From a virus (lineage: Duplodnaviria > Caudoviricetes), in IMG/VR virus record IMGVR_UViG_3300033182_000145, positions 1-63,982 of that record: a stretch of 63,982 nucleotides of DNA; one strand, 5' to 3'. The notes beneath the pieces were generated by a model that was not told the DNA's origin, searched no databases, and saw nothing but the letters and a program-made list of their open reading frames with translations. Below, piece by piece: positions 43,060-53,292 of the stretch (its first letter is position 1; each line of letters starts with the position of its first letter). The position numbers and the translations under genes are program-made.

Positions 43060-44740
43060 TATTGAGTCAGATGGATTGAATGAAGTTGTGATTAACAAGA
43101 AGGGTGAGCCAGTCCCAGAGGGGTCTATTGTCTGGTGTATGGCTGTTATCGATATTGATAGCGGACAGACTTGGGCATTCAAGTCGGATGAGATTGAAGA
43201 AGGTGTCAACCTCCTCCGCACTGCTGATCTTATTGTTGGTCATAATATTACTATGTTTGATATCCCCTTTCTCCAGAGACTGTACGGGCCTATCACTACC
43301 CCAGTTATGGATACTTTGATTGTTTCTCGTATGATGTATCCTGACAGACAGAACCACCCTCTCGGTGGTAACTCTCTCGAGTGCTGGGGTGAGCATCTTG
43401 GTTTGGCAAAGATTCACTACGATGCAGGCTGGGATGTCTTTACTGATGATATGATGACATATTGTATTCGTGATGTTGAGGTTGTTGTTAAGATTTATCG
43501 TGCTCAAAAAGAGTTCGCAAACACATACCCAAAGTCTGTAAAGTTGGAGCATATGGTATCTCGTATCATTGCTAGCCAAATCGAGAATGGTATTGGGTTT
43601 GATCTGGATGCAGCCGATAAACTCGAACAAGATCTCTTTATGGAAAAGGTACTGATTGAAGATGAGATGTCACAAACGTTCCCTCCCATTGTGGAGGAGA
43701 GGTGGTCTGAAAAGACTGGAAAGAAACTTAAGGATAAAATCATACATTTCAACCCAGCGTCTCGTAAACAGATTGCCTCCCGGCTTAAGGAAAAATATGG
43801 CTGGATTCCGCCCAAGACAGAAAAGGGGAATCCTAAAGTTGATGCGGCAGTGCTTAAGGATCTCCCATATCCGGAGGCTTTATCTTTGGTCCGGTACTTT
43901 GATATACAAAAACTTCTGGGTATGGTTTCTGATTGGATTACTCGGGCTCGCAATTCTCGCGACGGGAGAATACATGGTTCGGTGAATCCCCAAGGAACTG
44001 TTACTGGTCGTATGACTGCATCACAACCCAACCTCCAGCAGGTTAGTGGAGACTCCAGATCACGAGCTTTGTTTGTCCCTCGATCGGGATGGATACAGGT
44101 TGGTATCGATGCGTCTGGGCTTGAGGCTAGGCTTCTTGCTAACCGCATGGCAAAGTGGGATGACGGTGAATACGGCAAGGTGGTTGTTCACGGAGACATT
44201 CACCAAACCAACATGGAGGCTACTGGTATTGAAGATAGGGACAAGGTGAAGACATTCTTCTACGGCTTTATCTATGGTGCTGGTGACGCCAAGGTTGGTA
44301 AGATTATTGATAGAGATGCAAGTGCTGGTCGCCGGTTAAAGGAGCAGTTCCTAACTAGTATGCCTGCTCTTAAGAAGCTTATCGAGAATGTTAAGTTTCA
44401 GGTGGCTAAGAAGAATACCATCACTCTCCTAGATAACAGGGAAGTTCCTTGTCGCTCGGATCACAAGGCACTCAATGTGCAGATCCAAGGAGATGGTGCT
44501 ATTCTTATGAAGCTTGCTCAATGCATCCTCTTCCGTAATCTTAAGAAGATGTATAACAACAGGTTTGCCTTTATGGCAACTGTGCATGATGAATGGCAAA
44601 TCGAGTGTGAGCCCGGTATTGCTGAAAATGTTGGACAAATGGGAATCGATGCTATTATTGAATCAGGCGAACGACTTGGTTGCTTGGTTCCCATGGACGG
44701 GGAATATAAGATAGGAAGGAATTGGTCAGAATGTCACTAG
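43043..44740 (+). CDS. Family A DNA polymerase (T7 gp5-like)
   Basis: Exonuclease FDIESDG and GHNITMFD; motif A IDASGLEAR; motif B RDKVKTFFYGFIYGAG; motif C VHDEWQ. Confidence 0.97.
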   Translation: MKLAFDIESDGLNEVVINKKGEPVPEGSIVWCMAVIDIDSGQTWAFKSDEIEEGVNLLRTADLIVGHNITMFDIPFLQRLYGPITTPVMDTLIVSRMMYPDRQNHPLGGNSLECWGEHLGLAKIHYDAGWDVFTDDMMTYCIRDVEVVVKIYRAQKEFANTYPKSVKLEHMVSRIIASQIENGIGFDLDAADKLEQDLFMEKVLIEDEMSQTFPPIVEERWSEKTGKKLKDKIIHFNPASRKQIASRLKEKYGWIPPKTEKGNPKVDAAVLKDLPYPEALSLVRYFDIQKLLGMVSDWITRARNSRDGRIHGSVNPQGTVTGRMTASQPNLQQVSGDSRSRALFVPRSGWIQVGIDASGLEARLLANRMAKWDDGEYGKVVVHGDIHQTNMEATGIEDRDKVKTFFYGFIYGAGDAKVGKIIDRDASAGRRLKEQFLTSMPALKKLIENVKFQVAKKNTITLLDNREVPCRSDHKALNVQIQGDGAILMKLAQCILFRNLKKMYNNRFAFMATVHDEWQIECEPGIAENVGQMGIDAIIESGERLGCLVPMDGEYKIGRNWSECH

Positions 44741-45060
44741 ATAAACTTAAGATTTATATTGCTGGACCCATGCGTGGGTATCCTAACAACAACCATGCTG
44801 AGTTTGATAGAGCTGAGGAGCACCTCTTAAGGAAGGAAATCTATATCCCTATCAACCCCGCTCGTATTGATCGAGAAGCAGGTGTTAATCCTGCGGACGA
44901 TATGACTAAGCTCGAACTTCGTGATGCATTGAAGAGAGATTTTGATCTTATCTTTGATTGTCACGCTATGTACATGCTTAGTGGCTGGGCTCGAAGCGAT
45001 GGTGCTCGTGCTGAGCATGCCCTTGCTATTGCTATGGGTATGGGAATCTATTACGAGTAA
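44731..45060 (+). CDS. DUF4406 / nucleoside deoxyribosyltransferase-like protein
   Basis: IYIAGPMRG, INPA, YMLSGWARSDGARAEH. Confidence 0.8.
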   Translation: MSLDKLKIYIAGPMRGYPNNNHAEFDRAEEHLLRKEIYIPINPARIDREAGVNPADDMTKLELRDALKRDFDLIFDCHAMYMLSGWARSDGARAEHALAIAMGMGIYYE

Positions 45061-45584
45061 TGTGGAAACCGATAAACAACTCTAAGAACTATATCTTACA
45101 AGATACAGAAGTGTCTGTTGTGTTTTATGACAGGTCTTGTGATTACAGGGGGAAGATTATTACCCTTTTTAACTTGACAAGGCTACATCATTGTGGTATA
45201 ATATTCCGTATGGGAGACGAGTCAATCTTATTAATGTCTGACAAATCCCATAGAGCTAAGTTTATTGATGCTGATAGATTCCACGAAAGATTCTTTAAAC
45301 CAACACACACAATAAAACTAGGAACCACGAGGATTTCAGTACAACAGATTACTGATTACTTCTCAAGCCCCTACATAGGGGATGCTCGTAGTATTATTGC
45401 GTGGTTTTTTATAACTCGTTGGTGTTTTAAATCACTACAGCCCAAGACCTGTGCCTTGTTAGTGTCACAGATTCTGAGACTATGTGGATTTAGGGTCAAG
45501 GATTGTGTTACCCCTAAATCTTTATATAAGGAGCTAAGTAAGTATGCAACTGATAGTAATTGCGGGACAAGCCGGAGTAGGTAA
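45060..45584 (+). CDS. Possible permuted papain-like (NlpC/P60) enzyme
   Basis: HHCGIIF near the N-terminus; TCALLVSQIL and TPKSLY near the C-terminus. Confidence 0.5.
   Translation: MWKPINNSKNYILQDTEVSVVFYDRSCDYRGKIITLFNLTRLHHCGIIFRMGDESILLMSDKSHRAKFIDADRFHERFFKPTHTIKLGTTRISVQQITDYFSSPYIGDARSIIAWFFITRWCFKSLQPKTCALLVSQILRLCGFRVKDCVTPKSLYKELSKYATDSNCGTSRSR
45174..45202 (+). promoter_or_regulatory. Perfect-consensus sigma70 promoter inside a coding region
   Basis: TTGACA-17 nt-TATAAT with extended TGn. Confidence 0.65.
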
Positions 45585-46260
45585 AACTACCCTTGCCCAC
45601 TATATTGCATGTAATGCTTTTAATCTGGGAATGATTCCTAAGATTATGTCCTTTGCTGGTCCCCTTAAGAAAGAGGCAGCCGAGAAAGGATACGGCAAAG
45701 AGGAAAACCCGAAGGCTTATAGGGAGTATTGCCAAACTATGGGCTTGATGAAACGTGAGGTTGATCCTGATTATTGGGTTAATAAATTTGAAGAGGAACT
45801 TGAGGAACTCTCTGTTGAGGAGACTCAAGATCTTAAGGACGGTAAGAAGTTTTGGGAGCGATGTGTTGTTATTGACGACTGTCGTTTTATGAACGAGCTT
45901 CTTCTCGGTAAGAAGTGGAATGGCCGTCTTATCTTCTTGTCTTACGGAGATAGAGATATCCCTGATGCTGATGCCGAATGGCGAGAGCATGAGTCTGAGG
46001 ACTTGGCAAATAGTGTGGCTGCTGGCGATGAAGATACACGAGAACTATTCACCCACATCCTTATCAACGAGGGCACAATGAGTGACCTTGCTGAGAAGGC
46101 AAGGATGATGACTCCTATCTGGGTCGGTGCAGCAACAGAGGAAGTACCGGAGGGAGATAAGACACCTCTTAGTAAATACATTGAGGAACTTATTGATCTG
46201 TTATTAATTGAACAACTTGAATATGATCGGCCTGAAGATGAAGAAGAAGATTCCGACTAA
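45544..46260 (+). CDS. Deoxynucleoside monophosphate kinase
   Basis: AGQAGVGKT, SFAGPLK, DPDYWV, VIDDCRFMNE, HESE. Confidence 0.85.
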   Translation: MQLIVIAGQAGVGKTTLAHYIACNAFNLGMIPKIMSFAGPLKKEAAEKGYGKEENPKAYREYCQTMGLMKREVDPDYWVNKFEEELEELSVEETQDLKDGKKFWERCVVIDDCRFMNELLLGKKWNGRLIFLSYGDRDIPDADAEWREHESEDLANSVAAGDEDTRELFTHILINEGTMSDLAEKARMMTPIWVGAATEEVPEGDKTPLSKYIEELIDLLLIEQLEYDRPEDEEEDSD

Positions 46261-46990
46261 GGCTATTCTTGATGGAGATATTATTATCTACCGTGCCGCC
46301 TTCTGGGCAGATGCAGAAGATCCTGATCTGATCCCAGACAAGGTGGCCGGGGATATACAGGAATGGCTTCCGCCTTTTGTGAAGGACTACAAAATTGCTC
46401 TATCCTGTAGCCGCTCTGATAATTTTAGGCGAGACTTCTGGCCCAACTATAAGGCAAATAGAGACGACCTCTATCGGCCTGAGTTTTTAGATGATGTACG
46501 TGACCACATATTAGAAACCTACCCTTGTCTTCAAATGCCGAGGATTGAGGCTGATGATATCCTTGGTATCTATGCCTCGGCTAACAAGGCCATTTCGGTG
46601 ACTATTGACAAGGATCTTAAAGGGGTTCGGGGGTGGCACTATAACCCTACAAAGGACGAGGATGTGCGTTATATTTCTGAGGAAGAAGCTGAACAGTTCT
46701 TTCTGTGTCAGTGGATGATGGGAGACGCGACGGATGGTATACCGGGACTTTGGAGGATCGGGCCGAAGAAGGCGGAGAAATTTCTGGCGGAATGGAAAGA
46801 AGAAAACCTCGACCCCTATGAGGAGATCTTTGCGTTGTATGAGGCAGAGAAATATAAACCGAAGGACACCTGTGAGATGTCGGATTACGACATGGCTATA
46901 GCTATGGCTAGGTGTGTCAAGATCTTATGTAAAGAAAACTTTAATTTAAAGACCAAGAAAATAACCCATTGGAGCCCTAAAGTTGGGTGA
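46238..46990 (+). CDS. 5'-3' exonuclease (T7 gp6-like)
   Basis: LDGDIIIY, YKANR, EADDILG, IDKDL, GDATDGIPGL..IGPKKA. Confidence 0.93.
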   Translation: MKKKIPTKAILDGDIIIYRAAFWADAEDPDLIPDKVAGDIQEWLPPFVKDYKIALSCSRSDNFRRDFWPNYKANRDDLYRPEFLDDVRDHILETYPCLQMPRIEADDILGIYASANKAISVTIDKDLKGVRGWHYNPTKDEDVRYISEEEAEQFFLCQWMMGDATDGIPGLWRIGPKKAEKFLAEWKEENLDPYEEIFALYEAEKYKPKDTCEMSDYDMAIAMARCVKILCKENFNLKTKKITHWSPKVG

Positions 46991-47009
46991 TATAGAAAGG
47001 ACAGGATGC

Positions 47010-48932
47010 ATGGATAATTTTGAGCAGTTTATTGTGACCAGCCGCTATTGTAAGTGGCTGCCGGAAAAAGGCAGAAGAGAGACTTGGGAGGAAACTGTTA
47101 GCCGATATATGAACTATGTTATGGCCCATATATCCCCAATGCTGAAGCGCCCCCCGAGAAAGGATGATATCCATACTCTTTGGAAGATGATCGAGGATAG
47201 GGAAGTTTTCCCTTCCATGCGAGCCCTGATGACGGCTGGCCCTGCGGCTGACGTTGACAATGTTTGTATGTACAACTGCTCCTATGTTGCCGTTGAGGAT
47301 ATCCGGTCCTTCAGCGATATCATGTATATCCTGTGCTGTGGTACGGGTGTTGGGTTTTCCTGTGAATCCTACCACGTAAATAAACTACCTGAGATTCCTG
47401 AAGAAATTGAGCGTAAGGAATCTACTATTATTCAGGTTCCTGATTCAAGGGTAGGCTGGGCTGACAGCTTCAAGGAGCTCCTTTGCTACCTGTATGAGGG
47501 CGTCCACCCCACATGGGACGTAAGTCTTATTCGTCCCGCTGGTGCCCGGCTTAAGACCTTTGGAGGCAGAGCCAGTGGACCGGAGCCCCTTGAGCGTTTG
47601 TTCCGATATGTGGTCAATGTCTTTATGAATGCCCGTGGTCGGAAGCTCACCTCGTTGGAGGTGCATGATATTGTCTGCCTGACAGGAGAGATTGTCATAG
47701 CCGGAGCTGTCCGGAGATCTGCATTGATCTCCCTCAGTGACCTTCACGACAGAGACATGGCCCTTGCTAAGTCTGGTCCTTGGTGGGAAACCAGTGGACA
47801 CCGAAGCTTGTCTAATAACTCGGCTGTGTACGAGCAGAAGCCCTCGCTTGGAGAGTTCCTCCACGAGTGGTCTACTATGTATGAGTCACGCAGCGGAGAG
47901 CGTGGGATCTGTAACCGAGAGTCTCTTAACTTCTTGGCTGAAAGAGCTGGCCGTGAGGTTGAGGGTATTAAGTTCGGTACTAATCCTTGCAGCGAAATCA
48001 TTCTCAGACCTAATCAGTTCTGTAATTTAACAGAGGTGGTTATTAGGCCAGACGATACTTTGGAAACTTTATCCCAGAAGGTAGAGTGTGCAACAATCTT
48101 AGGAACTATTCAATCATCATTTACTAAATTCATGTACTTAGACGAAACTTGGGAGGCTAACTGTGAGGAAGAAAGATTGTTGGGAGTTTCTTTTACTGGT
48201 GTTTTCGACAACAAGCTTATGTCTGGGCAGATGGGTTATCCCAAACTCCGACATACCCTTCGTAAGCTGAAGGAAGTTGCTCAGGAAACTAACTTAAAGT
48301 GGGCAGATGCATTGGGAATTAATCCCAGTAAGTCTATTACTTGCTGTAAGCCGAGTGGAACGACTAGCTGTGTGGCTGGTACATCCTCCGGTATGCATCC
48401 CCGTTACAGTGAATACTATGTTCGTAGGGTTCGTGTAGACATCAAGGATCCTATGTGTCAGTTTATGGTTGACAAGGGTATTCCTCATGAGAATTGTAAG
48501 TCACGGCCAGATACTACCATGGTGTTTAGTTTCCCCATGAAGTCACCGAATGGGGCAATTAGCCAGAAGGATCTGGATCCGATTGATCATTTAAACCTGT
48601 GGTTAGAGTACCAAAAGCATTGGTGCGATCACAAGCCAAGCATAACTGTATCCTATACTGACGATAGTTTCCTGTCAGTTGGGCAGTGGGTTTGGGAAAA
48701 TTGGAAGTACGTAAGCGGCATTTCTTTCTTGCCTTATAGCGATCACATCTATGAACAGGCTCCCTTTGAGCCACTCTCTCCAAGAGATTATAACCTGATG
48801 TGTGGACAGATGCCCGAGGCTATTGATTGGTCAGAGCTTCAGGCGTATGAGGAAGAAGATAATGTTGCGGATACCAAAACTCTTGCATGTTCCGGGGGAT
48901 CGTGTGAGGTTGTAGATTTAACGGAGAATTAA
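47010..48932 (+). CDS. nrdJ: Class II (adenosylcobalamin-dependent) ribonucleotide reductase
   Basis: PSMRALM, YNCSY, GTNPCSEI, CNLTE, KPSGTTS, C-terminal ACSGGSCE; no beta-subunit gene. Confidence 0.92.
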   Translation: MDNFEQFIVTSRYCKWLPEKGRRETWEETVSRYMNYVMAHISPMLKRPPRKDDIHTLWKMIEDREVFPSMRALMTAGPAADVDNVCMYNCSYVAVEDIRSFSDIMYILCCGTGVGFSCESYHVNKLPEIPEEIERKESTIIQVPDSRVGWADSFKELLCYLYEGVHPTWDVSLIRPAGARLKTFGGRASGPEPLERLFRYVVNVFMNARGRKLTSLEVHDIVCLTGEIVIAGAVRRSALISLSDLHDRDMALAKSGPWWETSGHRSLSNNSAVYEQKPSLGEFLHEWSTMYESRSGERGICNRESLNFLAERAGREVEGIKFGTNPCSEIILRPNQFCNLTEVVIRPDDTLETLSQKVECATILGTIQSSFTKFMYLDETWEANCEEERLLGVSFTGVFDNKLMSGQMGYPKLRHTLRKLKEVAQETNLKWADALGINPSKSITCCKPSGTTSCVAGTSSGMHPRYSEYYVRRVRVDIKDPMCQFMVDKGIPHENCKSRPDTTMVFSFPMKSPNGAISQKDLDPIDHLNLWLEYQKHWCDHKPSITVSYTDDSFLSVGQWVWENWKYVSGISFLPYSDHIYEQAPFEPLSPRDYNLMCGQMPEAIDWSELQAYEEEDNVADTKTLACSGGSCEVVDLTEN

Positions 48933-49157
48933 ATGCTTCACAGTACAGATACAATTTATAGAAAACTTAGAATGAATGCAACCGTTTCTCCCCCGGAAAT
49001 GTTACTTGTTTTGCGGGATTTTGATGAACGTCTTGCAAAGATTGAGGAGAAGATAGATGAAGGAAAATCTAAAGAGTCTAACTCACGTAGACGAAAGTCT
49101 GCTGAAGTTTCTTCGGAAGAAGTACCCACCCCTGATTTACCAGAAGGGTCAGACTGA
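48933..49157 (+). CDS. Hypothetical protein, 74 aa
   Basis: GGAG RBS; overlaps the next gene by 101 nt. Confidence 0.55.
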   Translation: MLHSTDTIYRKLRMNATVSPPEMLLVLRDFDERLAKIEEKIDEGKSKESNSRRRKSAEVSSEEVPTPDLPEGSD

Positions 49158-49251
49158 GCAAGAGTTTCTTTCTGAATCTATTTTTAGAGCGGGACAAATC
49201 GATGTCGTTGATAAAATTGAAAAGATAATTCAATTACAACAGAAGGGATAG
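49057..49251 (+). CDS. Small T7-like phage protein (FRAGQ..VV motif)
   Basis: GAGGAG RBS; motif typical of small genes preceding the portal region. Confidence 0.65.
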   Translation: MKENLKSLTHVDESLLKFLRKKYPPLIYQKGQTEQEFLSESIFRAGQIDVVDKIEKIIQLQQKG

Positions 49252-49255
49252 ATCC

Positions 49256-50185
49256 ATGGCAACTAGAGCACAAGAACTTGCCAATGTATTTTACGATGTA
49301 ATGGCTATGATGGGCGGCGGTGGAAAACCGATTCGTCGATCTAGACAAAAGGGCGATATTACTGCCTATGGATCGGAAGCAGAATTACCAGCAGGACTGG
49401 GAGTCTCTATAACAGACGAGGCTCTTCAGGAAAGACTAACTGGTATGGGTATTAGTAGCTATGATGATTATTTTGCTGAGCTTTATAAAGAGCGAGGTAA
49501 TTTAGATACTTCTTTTTTGGGAAATCAGGCAATCTTAGGTCAGTTACAGACTATGGGTGAGCCGGGTACTGGTAGGTTCTTTTACAATACTACGAGAAAT
49601 TATCACAGGGCAAAAGGGTTTGCATCAGGAGAGATACCCACTCCCGGTGTTTCTCGAGCAAGACTAAGAGAACTTAAGAGTAGGTATGGGGCAAGGCTTG
49701 TTGAGGAAAACTTGGGAGTGGAGCCAATAGGTGGTGTTTATGGCGGCATGCCTTCCTCAACCTATTCCCAAAGTTTTGTTAATTTGTTAGATATCTATGA
49801 TGAAATGAGAACCAACTACATCTCGCTTTTAGACGTGTATTCTCAATCTAGTAGTCAGTCACAAGCCGCTCTCACTAGCTCTGGTCGTATTGCTACTGAA
49901 ATGTCAAGACTTGCTGAAGAATCTAGGAAGAAGAATAGAGAGTTAGTTGCTGCCATGGAAAGCAGAGAGAAGGAAATCCAGACCTCAGCTTTACGTAGTA
50001 AAAAACTTGTTGCAGAACAGCAGGCTGCTTTAGTTAGAGAAGAAGCAGGTGTGGGAGCAGAGGCCGCTGTTCCTGAGGAAGGCTTAGCAGAAATGCCTGA
50101 GAAGAGAGCATTACCTAAGCGTAAATTTGCTAAGAGACGTGTGCCAAAGAAGGGCACTGGATTAAGCGGTCCTAGACCAGCATAA
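49256..50185 (+). CDS. Hypothetical protein with C-terminal coiled coil and basic tail
   Basis: 309-aa ORF before the portal gene. Confidence 0.65.
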   Translation: MATRAQELANVFYDVMAMMGGGGKPIRRSRQKGDITAYGSEAELPAGLGVSITDEALQERLTGMGISSYDDYFAELYKERGNLDTSFLGNQAILGQLQTMGEPGTGRFFYNTTRNYHRAKGFASGEIPTPGVSRARLRELKSRYGARLVEENLGVEPIGGVYGGMPSSTYSQSFVNLLDIYDEMRTNYISLLDVYSQSSSQSQAALTSSGRIATEMSRLAEESRKKNRELVAAMESREKEIQTSALRSKKLVAEQQAALVREEAGVGAEAAVPEEGLAEMPEKRALPKRKFAKRRVPKKGTGLSGPRPA

Positions 50186-50196
50186 GGAGATAGACA

Positions 50197-50580
50197 ATGG
50201 GCGGGTTATTTGGTAGTCCTAGTTTCGATATGCCTCAGATGCCTCAGCAGCAGCCGGGGATGACTTTTGAGCAGCATCGGCTTTTATTAGAAAGAGAAGC
50301 TGAACTGGCTAGAATGAGAGACGAGCAGCAGGCAGACTTCTTAGCAGAGCAAGAGGCTCTTAGACTTCAGCAGGAAGAGGTTGACCGAGAACGGATCGCT
50401 AGAGAAGAGGCTGAGCTTGCTAGACAAATTGCAGAGCAAGAACAGGAAGCAGCTGAGGGTGTTGTGGCTGATGATCTTGAACAGGTCCAGTCAGATACTG
50501 ATGAGGCTGTTGCTAATATGTACGAGGCTCTGTTAGGTGGGGTTGGTGAAGAGGAAGACTCTGAACCTACTCCTGAATAA
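50197..50580 (+). CDS. Small virion protein (gp6.7/7.3 position)
   Basis: MGGLFGSP start, E/Q coiled coil, TAAGGAG RBS; immediately before the portal gene. Confidence 0.6.
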   Translation: MGGLFGSPSFDMPQMPQQQPGMTFEQHRLLLEREAELARMRDEQQADFLAEQEALRLQQEEVDRERIAREEAELARQIAEQEQEAAEGVVADDLEQVQSDTDEAVANMYEALLGGVGEEEDSEPTPE

Positions 50581-50591
50581 GGAACTAATCC

Positions 50592-52175
50592 ATGGATAAT
50601 TTTGTAGATAGATTCAGAGTATTAGACAGTCTGCGAACAAGCAAGCTTGAGCGGGCTCGATACTGCTCATCTTTGACAGTACCCTCGATTCTTCCGCCCC
50701 TTCACTGGAGCGAACAGGATCAGCTACCGCAGCCGTACAGCTCTGTCCCCGCTCGTGGTGTTACTGCAATGGCTAGTAGAATGCTGTCTGCATTATTACC
50801 CTTAAATGATATGCCCTTCTTTAAGTTTGATTTGTCTTCGGGTGTTGAGCCGGATCCTGAGATTCAGGCCTACTTAGAAAACTTAAGCTATCAGGTTTAC
50901 AATAAGATTTCTAGTGGAAACCTGAGAGAAACTATTTACCAAGCTCTTCAGCATTTAATTGTCGTTGGTGATGTTATGTTAATCATGGACGACGACATGT
51001 CTTTCCGTATTATTCGTCTTGATCGTTATGTGTGCCGTCGAGATGTGTATGGAGAAATTGAAGAGCTTATTTTTATTGAGTACGAAACGGCTGAGGACGA
51101 TAGTTCCGAGGGTATTTTAACTACATCCACTCTTACTATGGAAAACAAGCAGGGATATAGAGCAATCTATACTCAGATTACCAAGGATGGGGATGGGTGG
51201 AAGGTTATCAAACAGAATGAGGATGGTGGAGTTGTTGAATCAGGTGAGTACACTGTCCTCCCCTACATTATCCTTAGGTGGTCTGGTATTCCGGGTGAGA
51301 ACTATGGTCGATCCCACTGTGAAGATATCATTGGAGATATTAAGGCTCTTGAGGGATTCACTGAAGGTCTTATTCATGGGATCTCCGCAGCTTCTATCTT
51401 CTGGATGGGTGTTGATCCTACAGGCATGGCTGAGATTGATGACATTGCGGACTCACCTACGGGTAACTTTGTATCGGCAAGGCCCAACGAAGTCCATGTA
51501 ATCTCCCCGGCTACTACTATGAACCCCCAGATTGCTTCGGTGCAGACTGGTGTTGAGATTCTTAGAAGAGAGATTGGTCGTGCGTTCTTACTTGACTCCG
51601 CTAGTATGCCAACTGGTGAAAGAGTTACGGCAACTGCTGTGAGAATGGTTGGGCAGGAGCTTGAGCATGTTCTTGGTGGGGCATTCTCAGCAATCGCTAG
51701 AGATCTTATGCGACCTATCGTTAGGCGCACCGTGTTTATCATGTCTTCTAATGGAGACATCGATGAGAGACTTAGGGATCTCTTTATGACCCAAGAGGGT
51801 TTATTAAATGTTGAAATTGTCACCGGACTTCAGGCATTGAGTAGAGATAGCGATCTTCAGAAACTCATGCAGATGGGTGAGATGGTTAGAAACCTCCCGC
51901 CTCAGGCCGCTGCTTCTTTTAAGTGGGACATGTACGGCCGTGCTCTTATCACTTCCCTTGGCTTTGATGCGGGTAACTGGATTAAAAGTGAAGAAGATGT
52001 TAAGAGGGAGCAGCTTGAACAGGCAGAACAGATGGCTCAGGTTCAGGCACAGACTCAGGCTCAGCTTGCTGGACAAGAAATGGCAACTCGGGTTATGGGT
52101 CAGGCTGCTATGCAAGACTTGGAACAAACTGGTGGTCAAGGTATCCAGCAGGCATTACAGGGAATGGGGGTCTAA
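50592..52175 (+). CDS. Portal / head-to-tail connector (T7 gp8-like)
   Basis: PYSSVPARGV..ASR..SALLP, GENYGRSHCE, ERVTAT.VR...ELE..LGG.FS, IVTGLQALSR. Confidence 0.95.
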   Translation: MDNFVDRFRVLDSLRTSKLERARYCSSLTVPSILPPLHWSEQDQLPQPYSSVPARGVTAMASRMLSALLPLNDMPFFKFDLSSGVEPDPEIQAYLENLSYQVYNKISSGNLRETIYQALQHLIVVGDVMLIMDDDMSFRIIRLDRYVCRRDVYGEIEELIFIEYETAEDDSSEGILTTSTLTMENKQGYRAIYTQITKDGDGWKVIKQNEDGGVVESGEYTVLPYIILRWSGIPGENYGRSHCEDIIGDIKALEGFTEGLIHGISAASIFWMGVDPTGMAEIDDIADSPTGNFVSARPNEVHVISPATTMNPQIASVQTGVEILRREIGRAFLLDSASMPTGERVTATAVRMVGQELEHVLGGAFSAIARDLMRPIVRRTVFIMSSNGDIDERLRDLFMTQEGLLNVEIVTGLQALSRDSDLQKLMQMGEMVRNLPPQAAASFKWDMYGRALITSLGFDAGNWIKSEEDVKREQLEQAEQMAQVQAQTQAQLAGQEMATRVMGQAAMQDLEQTGGQGIQQALQGMGV

Positions 52176-52598
52176 ATGGCTATTGAACAGCAACCACGCG
52201 AATGGCGTGATATTACCGTTAATGGAATAGTTGTCGGCAGAACAGATCAGTCTTATACTCTATCTGGAGCTAGTAATAGTATCGCTAGTAATACCATTAA
52301 AGATGATATTAATGGAAAGAAAGTCCATATTGGTTTAACTATTCACACCGCATGGAGTGCAGCCTCAGCCCCTCTTACTTTTGAGGTATCTTTAGATGGC
52401 ACCAATTGGAGAATGGTAGATAAGTTAGCTACACTTACAGATACAAATGTTGTAGGAACTAGAATCTATACGTTTGATGGAACTGATTATAATGGTGTTC
52501 CTTATGGTCGTGTACATTTCAATGGTGGTATGGGTGAAACTCCGGGTAGTATTGGTACATCTGGTGTTGTTTCTTTTCAGTATTATATAACAAGTTAG
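52176..52598 (+). CDS. Putative capsid decoration protein A (EVSLDGTNW)
   Basis: Ser/Thr-rich beta-type protein; paralogous to the next gene. Confidence 0.6.
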   Translation: MAIEQQPREWRDITVNGIVVGRTDQSYTLSGASNSIASNTIKDDINGKKVHIGLTIHTAWSAASAPLTFEVSLDGTNWRMVDKLATLTDTNVVGTRIYTFDGTDYNGVPYGRVHFNGGMGETPGSIGTSGVVSFQYYITS

Positions 52599-52607
52599 GA
52601 GTTTTAA

Positions 52608-53018
52608 ATGGCAATCCAGCAGATCTCAGACACAACTTGGACATCAAGCACCGTCAATAATCAAACGGTATATACTTCAGCAGAAAGTCAAACTATTGGA
52701 AGTAGTGATAGTTTGGTTAGCGGAGATATCACTCAGAATGTTTCGGCTAAAAAGTTTATCGTTGACTTCGAAATAACCGCGGCTTATAATGATGTTGCGG
52801 CAAAGCTTGAAGTTGAGGGATCTTTAGATGGAACTAACTGGGGTGTTGTGGATACCCTCGATTCTGATACTGACCCCCATAATACAGGAAGAACTGTATA
52901 TGTCGCAGATTTAACTAGCTACACCTCTATCCCTCTTTTACGAATTCACTTTAATAGTGGAGCATTGGGTGTAGGTAATTCAGGTAAATGCAAGTTTAGA
53001 TACGCATTCACTTCTTAA
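52608..53018 (+). CDS. Putative capsid decoration protein B (EGSLDGTNW)
   Basis: Shares SLDGTNW..VD and R.HFN.G with the previous gene. Confidence 0.6.
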   Translation: MAIQQISDTTWTSSTVNNQTVYTSAESQTIGSSDSLVSGDITQNVSAKKFIVDFEITAAYNDVAAKLEVEGSLDGTNWGVVDTLDSDTDPHNTGRTVYVADLTSYTSIPLLRIHFNSGALGVGNSGKCKFRYAFTS

Positions 53019-53028
53019 GGAGTAAATA

Positions 53029-53292
53029 ATGTTTGATAAATATACAAAGGCCGCTGCTGTTACTCCTCACGATAGTGACGAGATTTCAGGATTCACTGGT
53101 AGTGGATGGGATGCAGTTTACGTGGGAGTCAGTGGCGATGTTACTATGACTCTTGAAGGAGATAGCTCAGCTGTCCTTTTTAAGAATATGGTTCAGGGTA
53201 CTGTGTATCCTTTAGCTGCTAAAGTTATTAAGTCTACGGGAACAGCAGCAACCAATGTTGTTGTTCTTGAGTCTGGTGGAACCTATTCGTGA
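53029..53292 (+). CDS. Head spike base protein (RcGTA Rcc01079-like)
   Basis: AAAVTPHDS...VYVGVSGDV...FKNM..G.VYP.....IKSTGTAA pattern. Confidence 0.7.
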   Translation: MFDKYTKAAAVTPHDSDEISGFTGSGWDAVYVGVSGDVTMTLEGDSSAVLFKNMVQGTVYPLAAKVIKSTGTAATNVVVLESGGTYS

